From Rebecca billardiae RCC1528 (taxonomy: Eukaryota; Protista; Haptophyta): a stretch of DNA of 64,000 nucleotides. Made by a program: the position numbers and the translations under genes. A model generated the notes under the pieces. That model ran no database searches and had not been told where the DNA came from. It saw nothing but the letters and a program-made list of their open reading frames with translations. The stretch is from contig OZ251229.1 in assembly GCA_965240325.2 (NCBI GenBank), positions 1,550,001 through 1,614,000 on the forward strand, given 5' to 3'. Numbering within the stretch: the stretch's first letter is position 1; every line of letters starts with the position of its first letter. This document shows positions 23,373 to 34,317 of this stretch, piece after piece.

Positions 23373-23801
23373 GTGATCCCGCGCGCCCGTCCTTTGGATC
23401 CAGCCCAGGCAGCCAGGCTGAAAAGTCGCAACTTCACGTTGTCCGTGTCTCTCTGGGCAGCAGGCCTTCAGCGACTCCCTGCCGGACAACGCCCAATCAA
23501 GGCGACGCACGGGGTTCGGCGTCCTCTTTGAGGATGTCTGCGTGGCGGGCGACCCCCCTTCACCATCTGCTGGCATGTGCAGCACCCTATGTTGGGCCGC
23601 GTGCACGCGGGATTGCACGGTCGCCGTGTGATCGCTTGCAGTCGGCAAGCAGCGACAAGGAGCCGGGGTTGCGGGCCACCAAGGTGTCCCAAGGCTCTGA
23701 GCCTACCGTACCTACAGACGACCTGAGAGGCCACCTGCGCCGCCAAAACCGCACCGCGAGTGCGTGGATTCCCGGCCTACGGCTCGCTTGATTCCCGGCC
23801 T

Positions 23802-25433
23802 ATGTACGCCACGGCGGCCAGGCAGCCATGCTGGGGGCCGGAGGGGTGGGGCTTGTTAAAAACGATGGCGACCGCCGTTCTTGCGTGGCTCGCAACGGCC
23901 AGCCGCGTCTGCCCGTTCCGGGGTCTCGAGCCGCCGAAGGCTGCAGACGCTCTGGCGTCGCATGTGGGCGCGCTTGTGCGCGAGTGTGGCATGCGACCAG
24001 TCGGTGCCGGCCCAAGCGCAGACGGACGGCGCGCAGGCGACGCGCCGCGACTGCTCAACCAGTCACGAGAGTGGAGCGCCACGCCGTGGCTCCCAACGTA
24101 CGAAGACGAGGATTTCCCTAAGCCGAAGCGCTGCAGTCCTACGCGCGGCACCGTGCCGTGGGACGTGTGCCATGTGCCAGCGTACATGCACCCGCTCCCA
24201 ACGCCGAACATTCTCCTATACGAATCATGGAAGGCTGGCACGAGCCTCATCTGGGACACGCTCCTCTGCGCGTTCGGGACCATCAAGCACATGGACAAGC
24301 TCACCCCGCAGATGCTGCGCGCATTCAGCGCAGCGACTGAGCCTATAGTGAACGTGGGCATGGCACGGGAGCCCGCATCACGCGTCGTGTCTGGCTATCT
24401 GGAGATCACATCGCGGCTGCTCTCGCCTGCGATGACCTCGCGCGGCGCAGTGCTGCGGCTCGTGAAGGCAACGGACGTGCCGGGTTTGCTCCTCTCGATG
24501 GGGCTGGTGCCGAGGCCCAGCGAGCTGGAGAAGGGCTTCAAGCTGATGAGCACCAAGCGTGCCCGGGTTGTTCGCGAGCTCGCCCGCCAGCTGCGCCGAT
24601 CCGAGCTGGGCTGGCTGCTGAGCGGCCAGTCAGACAACATGCCCGCGCTGCTCGACCCGAGCCTCCCGCTACCGCCCGATGCTGGCGTGGACGAGCTCGT
24701 GCGCTTCCGCGCGTTCATGCGCCAGCTCGAATGCGTGCCCAAATACAAGGAGTGGCAGCACATGGCATCGCTGACGTCCTTCCAGAAGCGAGACATGCTC
24801 TCCATGGCTGGGGTGAAGCAGCAGCAGCCTGACTGGTACGCGCACAGCGGCGGGTCGGACGATCCGTCGTCGTCGTCGCCGGCGCAGCGTGTGACGCCGC
24901 TCGGGCGGGGCGTGGAGACGATGCAGCCGCCGTCCACTTGTTTCACCTCCCTGTGGACAAGCGCCACACTGCACAGCGTGCTGCGGCAGGAGAACCTCAC
25001 CTCAGAGCTCACCGCACTGCTCACCGGCTTGGGCTCTCCCCTGCCCTCCAACTGCTCGGGCCTCGCCGCCTCGCGCGTGAACGCGAAGAAGCTGTTCCGA
25101 CACGAGTCGTGGCGCGTCCCGAAGCAGATCCTCGAAGTGATCAAGCGCGCTGAGCAGCCAGGCGCGCGGCCTCTGCCTACTGGTTCAGTGCAGACCGTGA
25201 ACAATCTCGACCGGCAGCTCAAGGCTGCGCTGCGCTCTGAGCCCGAGCTGATGCGCATTGTGTGCCGAGTGTATGTCCAGGATTACCTGTGCTATGGATA
25301 CGCTCTCCCTGCAGTGTGCCACCCGCCCAGCAGCGGCGCTAGGGCGGCGTCGACTGGGCTCCTCGTTGCGTGCGAGACTGATGGCGCCCCACTATTGGAG
25401 CAGGCTGCCAGAGCAGCTGACGCTGTCAGGTAG
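23802..25433 (+). CDS. Carbohydrate sulfotransferase (sulfotransferase_2/CHST-like)
   Basis: YESWKAGTSLI (5'-PSB), REPASRVVSGYLE (3'-PB), LRQENL, C-terminal VCRVYVQDYLCYGY; intronless. Confidence 0.82.
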   Translation: MYATAARQPCWGPEGWGLLKTMATAVLAWLATASRVCPFRGLEPPKAADALASHVGALVRECGMRPVGAGPSADGRRAGDAPRLLNQSREWSATPWLPTYEDEDFPKPKRCSPTRGTVPWDVCHVPAYMHPLPTPNILLYESWKAGTSLIWDTLLCAFGTIKHMDKLTPQMLRAFSAATEPIVNVGMAREPASRVVSGYLEITSRLLSPAMTSRGAVLRLVKATDVPGLLLSMGLVPRPSELEKGFKLMSTKRARVVRELARQLRRSELGWLLSGQSDNMPALLDPSLPLPPDAGVDELVRFRAFMRQLECVPKYKEWQHMASLTSFQKRDMLSMAGVKQQQPDWYAHSGGSDDPSSSSPAQRVTPLGRGVETMQPPSTCFTSLWTSATLHSVLRQENLTSELTALLTGLGSPLPSNCSGLAASRVNAKKLFRHESWRVPKQILEVIKRAEQPGARPLPTGSVQTVNNLDRQLKAALRSEPELMRIVCRVYVQDYLCYGYALPAVCHPPSSGARAASTGLLVACETDGAPLLEQAARAADAVR

Positions 25434-25478
25434 CTATCGGCGATCGCGCGGCGGCCAATGAGCAATTAATTCTCATAG

Positions 25479-26031
25479 TGTCACGTTAAGAAACTGGGGC
25501 TTGCTATCTGCGGATCTGGCCTAGAAACTGAGACTAGCGATTGGCTGGTTCGCTATACCAATACTATACGCATAGTCACAATAAGAAACCGGGACTACGT
25601 CGTCCCGGCTGATGACGAGTGAGTGGTCCGCCGAGGGCGAGGCGCAGTCGGCCCGCGTCGGGGACGCGGCGCGCGGCCCGACTACGAGTACAGGCCAAGT
25701 CCCGACTTCTCCTGAGGACTGACTCCTGGCCAGTGCACCGCAGCATCCATGCAACATCATGCCAGATTTGCTCCAAAAAGGCCCAAAATTTTCTTCGGCC
25801 TCGCCGGCCGGGCCTAAAGACAGCGGGGGGCTCTGCCCCCCTGCGCCGGCGCGGCGGGCGGACTTAGCTAAGAAACTGAGACTCCGTAGGCGCTCGGGCT
25901 ACCGAACGGCTAAGAAACCGAGGCTAGCCGTGAGATCTCTGACTTCTTATTGCCCGCGATTGCCTGTAGTCTCAGTTTCTAGGCCAGATCCGTAGATAGC
26001 AAGCCCCATACGCAGTTTCTTTGACGTGACA
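25479..26031. mobile_element. MITE-like element with ~60-bp imperfect terminal inverted repeats
   Basis: tgtcacgttaagaaactggggcttgctatctgcggatctggcctagaaactgagacta (25479-25536) is inverted at ~25967-26031. The internal 25690-25820 block is repeated directly at ~26057-26213. No clear TSD. Confidence 0.7.
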
Positions 26032-26412
26032 GCTCCTTATTGGCCAGCGATTGCCTGTACAGGCTAAGTCCTGACTTCTCCTGACTGACTCACTCCTGGC
26101 TGCCAGTGCTGAGTGCACCGCGGCATCCATGCATTATGCAACATCATGCCATATATTTGCTCCAAAATGGCCCAAATAACGTTTTCTTCGGCCTCGCCAG
26201 CCGGGCCTAAAGACTAGCTACTCAAACAATACTACTATAGTATGAAGTCACCAAACAATATAATTGGCAATTGGCAATAAATAAGCAGCATGAGCGGGGC
26301 CGCGGACGGCGGTGGAACGCGGTCATAATAACGCGCGGCCATATTATTTTTAAATAATGATAATAAGTTATTAGACTAGATATTATGGCGCACGGCCCCC
26401 CCGAAAGGTCTG

Positions 26413-29400
26413 TGTCAAAAGGGTGAAGAGAGCGACGGGGCCGTGAGGCCCGAGGCGTGACGCTGAGGCTCGTCGATGCGAAGGACGAGGAGCTGGGAGT
26501 TCGACTCGAGGTGCGGTGAAGCGACACGGAACTGAGCTGGCCTGGCGAGGAAAGAATCCAGCTGTCTAAGACAGTGCTGGAGGCACTGATAGCCATCAAC
26601 GGGTAAGTCGGGAAATGAACCATGATGGGAGTAAATGTGATGTCGACCTGATAATGAATGTCGGTGTAGTTGGTGTAGTGTGTCGGTTGGTGATCCGGGT
26701 GCGTACGCACAGGAGAGCGAGTCCGGGTAACGTTGGATCTTGACACCCCCACCCAATCGCAGCGGTGGTCGTACGAAACCTGGTCGACCCGAAGGGACTG
26801 GGTGTAGACGTGTGACCATCGTGTGATTGTAGATGATGCGATGTTGCCGTATGGGATGCATGCGTCGGAGCGGTTGTCCGAGTAGACGATGTAGAAGTCG
26901 GGCGAGTCGGTGCCGGCAGCGTCTCCGTTCAGAAGAGACAGCGTGAGGTCAATGTGCGTCCGACGAGCGGCGACCGATGTAGCACTGGGACTTCGTGTGT
27001 GCGGCGAGGCCTTACATGCCCAGGATCTGAGCACGAAGTTTGAGGAAGGCGGCCGGGCCGAGCGGCTTGGTCATGATGTCGGCCGGGTTCTCGGTGCCGG
27101 GGATCAAGAAGAGCTTGAAGGTGCCGGCGCGGGCGTGCTGACGGTTCCAGTGGTACTGGACGTCGATGTGCTTGGTGCGGTTGTGGTACTTCTCGTTGTC
27201 CGTGAGGTCCACCACCGCCTTGTTGTCCTCGAAGAGCTTGGTCGGCGCGAGCTGCGGGTAGCCGAGGTCGGTGAGCAGCTTGCGCATGAAGATGATCTCC
27301 TTGCCGGCGGAGGTGACGGCCATGTACTCAGCTTCGGTCGAGCTCAGAGCCGTCGTGCGCTGCTTCTCGCGGCGGCCGCTCACCGTCGAGCCGCAGAGGT
27401 GCATCACGTAGCCGGTGACAGACTTGCGCTCGTCGTGGAGGTCGTTGGCGTAGTCTGCGTCCACGTACGCGATGAGCGTGACGTCCGAGCCCGAGCGGAA
27501 GAAGAGGCCGTGGTTCGGCGTGCCGGCGAGGTAGCGGATGACGCGCTTGGCAGCCTCGAGGTGCTTCTTGCCCGGCTTGGACATGAAGTGGGTGAGCGTG
27601 CCGACGGCGTAGGCGATGTCCGGGCGAAACTGCGTGATGTGGATGAGCGAGCCGACCACGGAGCGGAAGAACGTTGTCGTCTCCGCGTCGAGCGCGTCCG
27701 ACTCGGAGCACGGGCCGAGTTTGAGGCCCTCGGTCATCGGCGTGTCGGACGTGTTGCAGTTCATGAAGCCCGTCTTCTCGAGGAGCTCAAGGATGTTCTT
27801 GGTGACGGTCACCAGGATGCCGTCCTTGGAACGCGTGAGCGTGGCCGACAGGTAGCCGTCGATGTCGGCAGTGATGGTCATCTTGTACGAGGATGTGATC
27901 TTCGAGATGAAGTTGTCGCAGGCGGTCGGGTCGTCGCTGTCGTCGAGGATGAGCATGTCGTCCACGTAGATGCACACGGCGATGATGCCCGACTGCGTGT
28001 TGAGGACATAGAGGCACGGGTCGGCCTGGCTCTGCGCGAACCCGTACTCCTTCATCCAGTCGTCGATCATGAGACGCCAGTTGCGGCCGGACTGCTTGAG
28101 ACCGTAGAGGCTCTTGAGGAGGCGCAGCACGACGTCGCCCTTCGTCTTGGGCTTGTACCCGAGCGGCAGCTCGAGGTAGATCTCGTAGTCGATCGGCGCG
28201 TTGAGGTACGCCGTCGTGAAGTCGCCGTGGAAGAGGCGGCGCTGCTTGGCCGCGGCGATGGCGATGATCATCTTGAGGGTCTCGTAGCGGACGACCGAGG
28301 AGAAGGTCTCGTCGTAGTCGATGCCCTCGATCTGCGTGAAGCCCTTGCCCACGACGCGGGCCTTGAACCGCTTGATATTGCCCTTCTTGTCGCGCTTGAT
28401 GTTGAACACGGGCGCCGCCTTCAGCGTGCGCATCCCCGGCTTGCGCGGCACCTCCACCCACGTGTCGTTGGCCAGGATGGAGGCGTACTCGGCGTCGAGA
28501 GCGGCGGCGAACTGCGTCGCATGCGGGCCGTTGAGTGCTTGCACCGCCGTCGGCGTGTCCGAGAGTCCGATGGCGAGCAGGAGCGCGTAGATGCGCGGCA
28601 GCTTGGAGTAAGTCGGCGACGCGACCGAGTTGACGTGTGCGCGCGCGCGCGTGCGAGATGAGGGCGGGTCGTCGTCGTTGAGCGCGTTGCCGACATCGAG
28701 GGAGTCCTCGGCGCCGGCGGCGTCGTCGTCAGCGTCTCCGACGTAGGCGTGCGGTGCGTCCCCCACCCGCTCAGCGTGTCCGAATGCGCCAGCGCCATCG
28801 CGGCGCCGGACGGCGCCGTGGGAACTTCCCCCATTACCCACATCGGCAGCATGGAGGTCGAGCGGCGGCGGCGTCGGCGGCAGCTGCGGCGCGGCGGCGA
28901 GCGGGTCGCGCGCGATGTGAGCGGCGTCGGGGTGGTCGACGTAGAGCGTGTCCTCGTCGAAGCGCACGTGGTGCGAGATGATGAACATGTCCGGGACGAT
29001 CTGGCCGTCGCCGGGCACGCGTACGATGATCGCCTTCGTGTAGCGCGTGCGGTTCTTGGGCGGGACGTTCACCATGTGGCCGTCGTCGCCGTGGCCGACG
29101 TAGACGCCCATGACGGCGCGCGGGTCGAGCTTCTTGAAGTGCGTGTTCGGCGGCACGACGTAGGCGACGCAGCCGAAGACACGCAGCTGAGCGAGATCTG
29201 GCGGGAAGCCGCGCAGCAGCTCGAACGGCGTCTTGTCGAACGTCACCGGCGTGGCGATGCGGCGGATGATGTACGCGGCGTGGCGCAGCGCGTCCTTGGC
29301 GTAGGCGTCGATGCGCAGCTTGGAGTGGAACAGGATCGAGCGCGCCGCGTTGAAGAGCGTCTGGATGAAGCGCTCGGCGATCGGGTTGTGCTGCGGCGTG

Positions 29401-30074
29401 TCGGGCGGCGTGACCTGGTTGGGGGCGATGCCGTGGGCGCGGCAGATGCCCTCCCAGTCGGTCGAGTTGAGCTCGGGGGCGCCGTCGACGCGGAAGCGGC
29501 TGACGGTGTGGCCGTAGACCGACATGTCGTCGATGAAGCGTCGCATCGCCTTCGGTGCGTCCGAGCGGCGGTCGAGGAAGTAGATGAAGCCGGCCCGGGT
29601 GTAGTCGTCGACAAACACGATCACGTAGAACTTGGCAAAATCGTCCGGGTTCACGATGAACTTGCCGTCGACGTAGCCGGCGACGTCGACATGGACGAGC
29701 AGGTACGGAGTTCGACACCCCGCGGCTCCACCATGTCAAAAGGGTGAAGAGAGCGACGGGGCCGTGAGGCCCGAGGCGTGACGCTGAGGCTCGTCGATGC
29801 GAAGGACGAGGAGCTGGGAGTTCGACTCGAGGTGCGGTGAAGCGACACGGAACTGAGCTGGGCAGCTGGCCTGGCGAGGAAAGAATCCAGCTGTCTAAGA
29901 CCGTGCTGGAGGCACTGATAGCCATCAACGGGTAAGTCGGGAAATGAACCATGATGGGAGTAAATGTGATGTCGACCTGATAATGAATGTCGGTGTAGTT
30001 GGTGTAGTGTGTCGGTTGGTGATCCGGGTGCGTACGCACAGGAGAGCGAGTCCGGGTAACGTTGGATCTTGACA
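26413..30074 (-). mobile_element. Ty1/Copia LTR retrotransposon, internally deleted (no gag or protease)
   Basis: LTRs 29734-30074 (5') and 26413-26745 (3'), TGTCA...TGACA, differing by one substitution and one 8-bp insertion on manual comparison. 5-bp TSD GTCTG (26408-26412, 30075-30079). PBS TGGTGGAGCCGCGGGGTG abuts the 5' LTR; G-rich PPT at 26746-26754. Confidence 0.97.
27012..29706 (-). CDS. pol: Copia pol remnant: integrase core, reverse transcriptase, RNase H (5'-truncated, no ATG start)
   Basis: LLVHVD...FVDDYTR, RVDG, TPQHNPIAER (integrase); FKARVVGKGFTQIEGIDYDETFS, LLKSLYGLKQSG, YVDD (RT); YVDADYA, ALSSTEAEY, EDN, TKHID, NPADIMTK (RNase H). IN-RT-RH order is diagnostic of Copia. Confidence 0.95.
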
Positions 30075-30845
30075 GTCTGAGCGTGAGCGAAAGCCGGGGG
30101 GGGCGGCGCACGTGCTCCGCAAAATCAAAAAAGATAATGGCGCGCGTGATGCTGGTGGGGATTTTGTACTTGTAGCAGGGGGAGAGCTGCTAGTGAATGG
30201 CATTCAACCCCCTTGATGACGCTTGATTGCGTTCGTACTACTGTATCCGATTCCCCTGCTCGTATTAATCTCTTTTTGCAGGCATAGATACTAATAGGAC
30301 AATTCCCTCGCTGAATAGCACAAATGGCGCCTTGGCCTTCTTGGCCCAATGCGGGTGGGATTCGACATCTCTATCTGCGAGGATTCAAGAGCTCTCTGAT
30401 GCGGCGCGAAGTGCCGCGAACGCGGCATGAAAAAAAATCCCCCGCATCCCCACTGGGCGGAAGTGCGGACGGGTTACGGTAACGCCGAAAATCGATTTCT
30501 TTACTGTGGATGAAAGAAGTGTAGTGAGTGTGTCCTAGACAGCCTGAGCGTAAAGGTCAATAATTGCAGTTCTGATTCAAGATTCCGCTCAGCCCTTATT
30601 GCAAACTGATTCAAAGCCAATGTGGGTGTGATCGACGCGTTGTGATGCTCTATCTGGACTCGATGATCGGCGAACAGTCACGATCCAACTGCCGCCGGCA
30701 CGTCGGCGCGAGTGTGTGTGTGTGGGTGCGATCGCGTGGGGCGCGCGGCGGCGTGTGTAGCGGCCAGGCGGAGGCGTCGGGGGCGGCGGCTGAAGGGAGC
30801 GAGGGCGGTGGTGGCGGCACGGACGAGGGAGGCGCGCCGAACGGC

Positions 30846-31700
30846 ATGTCCGTCCTCACCCTCGCCAGCGGCGGCCGCCCGCGCGTCACCGCCGCCGGCT
30901 CTCAGCCCGAGCCGACGCCGCCGCCCGCGAGTGCCGCCAACGGCGCGCGGCGGGCGCGTCACGGCAGGCGGCGGGGGCGGCGACTGCAGGGAGCGAGGGC
31001 GATGGTGGCGGCGCAGTCGAGGGAGGTGCGCCATCCGGACAGCGCGGCGGCGCGGCGCGCGGCCGAGCGCGGGAGCCTGGGCGGCGGCGGGCGTGCGGCG
31101 GGGCATGTGCTGCCCGAGAGGCTGGCGCACTCGCCCAGCGCCGCCGCGCACACCGCTGCCGACCTCGCGCGCACGACCTCCGTCAACTCCTCCGTCAGCG
31201 GCGGAGAGCGCGTCGCCTCGCCGCCCACGCTGCCGCCCAGCCGGTTCGTCATCCGAGCGCTCGCCGGGCGCCCGCGGCGTGCGCCGGGCCGCGGTCGCCG
31301 CCTACTAACTAAGTGGTGGGACCGCCGCTGGGGGGCGGGGCGGGCGGAGGAGATGGCGGTGGCGAAGGAGGACGCGGTGGTGGACGTGGACGTCACGCAG
31401 TCCGGGCTGCACTGGCTCATCCACCTCCTCTCTGCACTCGACCAGCCGCCGTCACCGACGGCGCAGCAGCTGGCGGCGGCGCGACGGATGGTGGCGGGCG
31501 CGGCCGCGGCTGAGGCGGGCGCGCGCCGCGCGCGCCGCTGCGGCGGCGTGGAGCGGCGGGAGCTGAGCGGCGCGCTGCTGCACACGCAGTCACGCTGCGC
31601 ACGTGCTGCAGACGCTGTACGAGCGCGCCACCGCCGACGCCGTCGCGCCGCCGCTGCCCCCGCCGCACCGGCACCGTCCGACCGTCCGACCGTGTCGTAG
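30846..31700 (+). pseudogene. Putative captured gene fragment inside the long-TIR element
   Basis: Host-like GC-rich coding texture (EEMAVAKEDAVVDVDVTQSGLHWLIHLLSALD) with a decayed intron-like stretch containing tactaac; no known domain. Confidence 0.35.
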
Positions 31701-31770
31701 TCACAAGCCGCGGAGCCTGCTGCTCACATTCACAAGCTCACTAGCTGCGTCGTGATGGTGACTAGCCACT

Positions 31771-31886
31771 AGGGCCGTGCGCCCTCAACTTCGTTGTTCA
31801 CTACCCGAAGATCGGCGTAGCCGATATCATGATCGGCTACGCCGATCTTCGGGTAGTAAACAACGAATTTGAGGGCGCACGGCCCT
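31771..31886. repeat. 116-bp near-perfect palindrome
   Basis: 55-bp arms 31771-31825 and 31832-31886 with 2 mismatches, around a 6-nt centre atcatg. Confidence 0.95.
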
Positions 31887-31911
31887 GGTAGTCGTCGCGT
31901 TCTTCACCGAA

Positions 31912-32500
31912 TCACGATCTGACGATCACGATGCGCGCGCCGCCGGCGCGTCGCCGTGCAGGAGGCGCGGGCGCGAGTAATCGACGCGATCGACGGCCTC
32001 GGGGGGCTGCGCCGTGTCGAACTCGACGCGCAGCAGCCGCAGCGCCTCCGCCCGGTGCGCTTCGGGCAGCCCTGCTGTGGCCGCGCGCAGCGCGGAGATC
32101 GCGCTCGGCAGCGCCGAGCTCGCCCGTCTCAGCCTCGCAGTCCTCGCTCGGCACAGCCTCGCGCACTCGGCGGGATCGGCGCAGCGTCGGACGAGCTCGC
32201 GCAGCTCGTTGTCGGCGTCGGCGGGGAAGAGCGTCGCGAGCAGCCGCGGCTCGAGCCTGTCTAGGACCTCCCGCAGCCGCAGCAGCCGCTCCTTGCACGC
32301 CTTTGTCTGTCAGCCTCGCCGCCGCGTCGATCGATGCACTCGGTGCGGGGGCCGCTCGGTGCGCGTCGGCGTCGCCGCGGGTGCTGTCGGCCGACGGCCC
32401 GGAGCGCGAGGGCTACTGCGAGCACGGGCGAGAGGGGAGCACGTCGTCGCCCGTAGCATATGCCAACTCGCCATCGTCGCGGGCTCGCCGCTCACGTGTC
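31912..32500 (-). pseudogene. Second putative captured gene fragment, convergent with the first
   Basis: Helical-looking frame ERLLRLREVLDRLEPRLLATLFPADADNELRELVRRC...EALRLLRVEFD, disrupted upstream. Confidence 0.35.
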
Positions 32501-34317
32501 AGGCAGTCAGGCATCCGCGTCGAGTGAGCGCCAGAGCCGCTCACGGTCAGTCAGTGCGCGCCGCGCGCGGCTCGCGCGCCAAACAAACGCCCGCCCATGC
32601 GCCAGTCAAGCCGTGGATGGAGACTCGAGACCGGCGGACGAGAGCAAAACAGATGTGCGCGGTCCAGCTCGTGCTGCGAGGACTCGCCCAGGCCTCGTCG
32701 CGAGCAAAACAGATAGATTGATGTGCGCGCTCCAGCTCGTGCTGCCAGCCAGGACTCGCCCAGCCTCGTCGGCGTTGCCCGCAGATCTGCGCGCGCTGCT
32801 TGCCGCGCCGCCATGCGCAGCCAGAGAGAGGCTCACGGTCAGCGCGCCGCACGCGGAGCCATCACAGCTCGGCCGTGGTCATGGACGGCGCGAGCGTGAG
32901 TGAGCGGTGAGGGTTCGGGGCGAGCGACTCGTCTGAACATGCCGAGAGCCGAGAGCCTCAGCTGCGCGGCGTGCAGCGTGGCGCGCGCGGGCGCGCGCAT
33001 GGTCAGCTGGAAAGACAGCGAGAAACGCGCCTCGCCCCCACGCGCCACGCGCTTTCGTGACCCAGAGTATCACACACGAGGCCGCCGACGAGCCGGTCGA
33101 CAACGGCCATTCGGCTCGTTGCGTGCGACGTGCTCGGTTGGAAAACGCACTGGGCCGAAGAGGCATGGCAGGGTGGGGCGCGCGGGGTGAACGAGGCACG
33201 AATGCGATGGCGACGGCCGTTGGGACCCGCCGCAGCTGCGCGCACCTGCGCTGAGTCTTGTCGGATTGAACGATCGCGTGCAGTGCCCGCCTGCTCGCGA
33301 GCCCGCGTCTGCGTCGGGCCAAGGCAGCGCGCCTTTTGGTCGCGCGAAGCCGTACGTGTGAGACTGCGGTACACGTACCCATTTTCAGAGAGCTCATATT
33401 GATTCCAGATAGAGCACAACGCGTCGATTGACACCCGCATTGGCTTTGAATCAATTTGCAACACAAGGTGAGGAATCTTGAATCACAAACAGGGCAAATA
33501 TTGACCTTTCCGCTCAGGCTGTCCAGGACACACTCATTACACTTCTTTTCAGAGAGCTCCGTTAATCCTCGCAGATAGAGACGATGTCGAATGCCACCCG
33601 CATTGGGCCAAGAAGGCGAAGGCCATTTGTGCTATTCAGCGAGGGAATTGTCCTATTAGTATCTATGCCTGAACAAAGAGATTAATACGAGCAGGGGAAT
33701 CGGATAGTACGAACGCAATCAAGCGTCATCATGGGCGTTGAATGCCATTCACTAGCAGCTCTCCCCCTGCTACAAGTACAAAATCCCCACCAGCATCACG
33801 CGCGCGCCATTATCTTTTTTGATTTTGCGGAGCACGTGCGCCGCCCCCCCCGGCTTTCGCTCACGCTCAGACCTTTCGGGGGGGCCGTGCGCCATAAATA
33901 ATTAGAGAGTAGTGATTAGACGACTCTGAGTGATGATGTCATGATGAGTGATGAGACTGGGCTCTGGCTCTGCCTGCTGACAGCTGACGGACAGACGGTC
34001 TGAGACTGTGAGTACTGAGTGACTCGGACCGTGAGACTGAGACTGAGAGTCCGCCACTCTTCAGACTTCAGGCACTAGTCTCAATCAGGCAATCAGCACT
34101 CAGCAGTGGCGTGTGGTGTGCTTCGTTGGCCTCGTCCTCGTCGTACACCGCGCTGCCACTGATGCCGATGCGGCACTCCCGATTCGACGGAATATCGCCG
34201 TATATCGGATTCGAGTCGTCGCCGTAGCAGGGCGTAGCTCCGATTCCGGAGTCGTCGCCCGGATCGTCAGACCGTGTAATCGCGCCGCGACATCAGCCAC
34301 CACGCCCGGAGGCCGGA

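Larger units (their letters stand above)
26386..33894. mobile_element. Long-TIR (~500-600 bp) non-autonomous cargo element, TA-flanked, interrupted by a Copia insertion
   Basis: Left TIR 26386-26412 plus 30080-~30665; right TIR ~33398-33894 is its reverse complement and shows the empty Copia site. Ends are TA|TGGCGCACGG...CCGTGCGCCA|TA. Confidence 0.85.

Noticed and set aside
29701-29733. tRNA or tmRNA gene suggested by the TTCGA...CTCCACCA 3' end
   Set aside because: No 5' half, D arm or anticodon arm; it abuts the LTR and is the primer-binding site.
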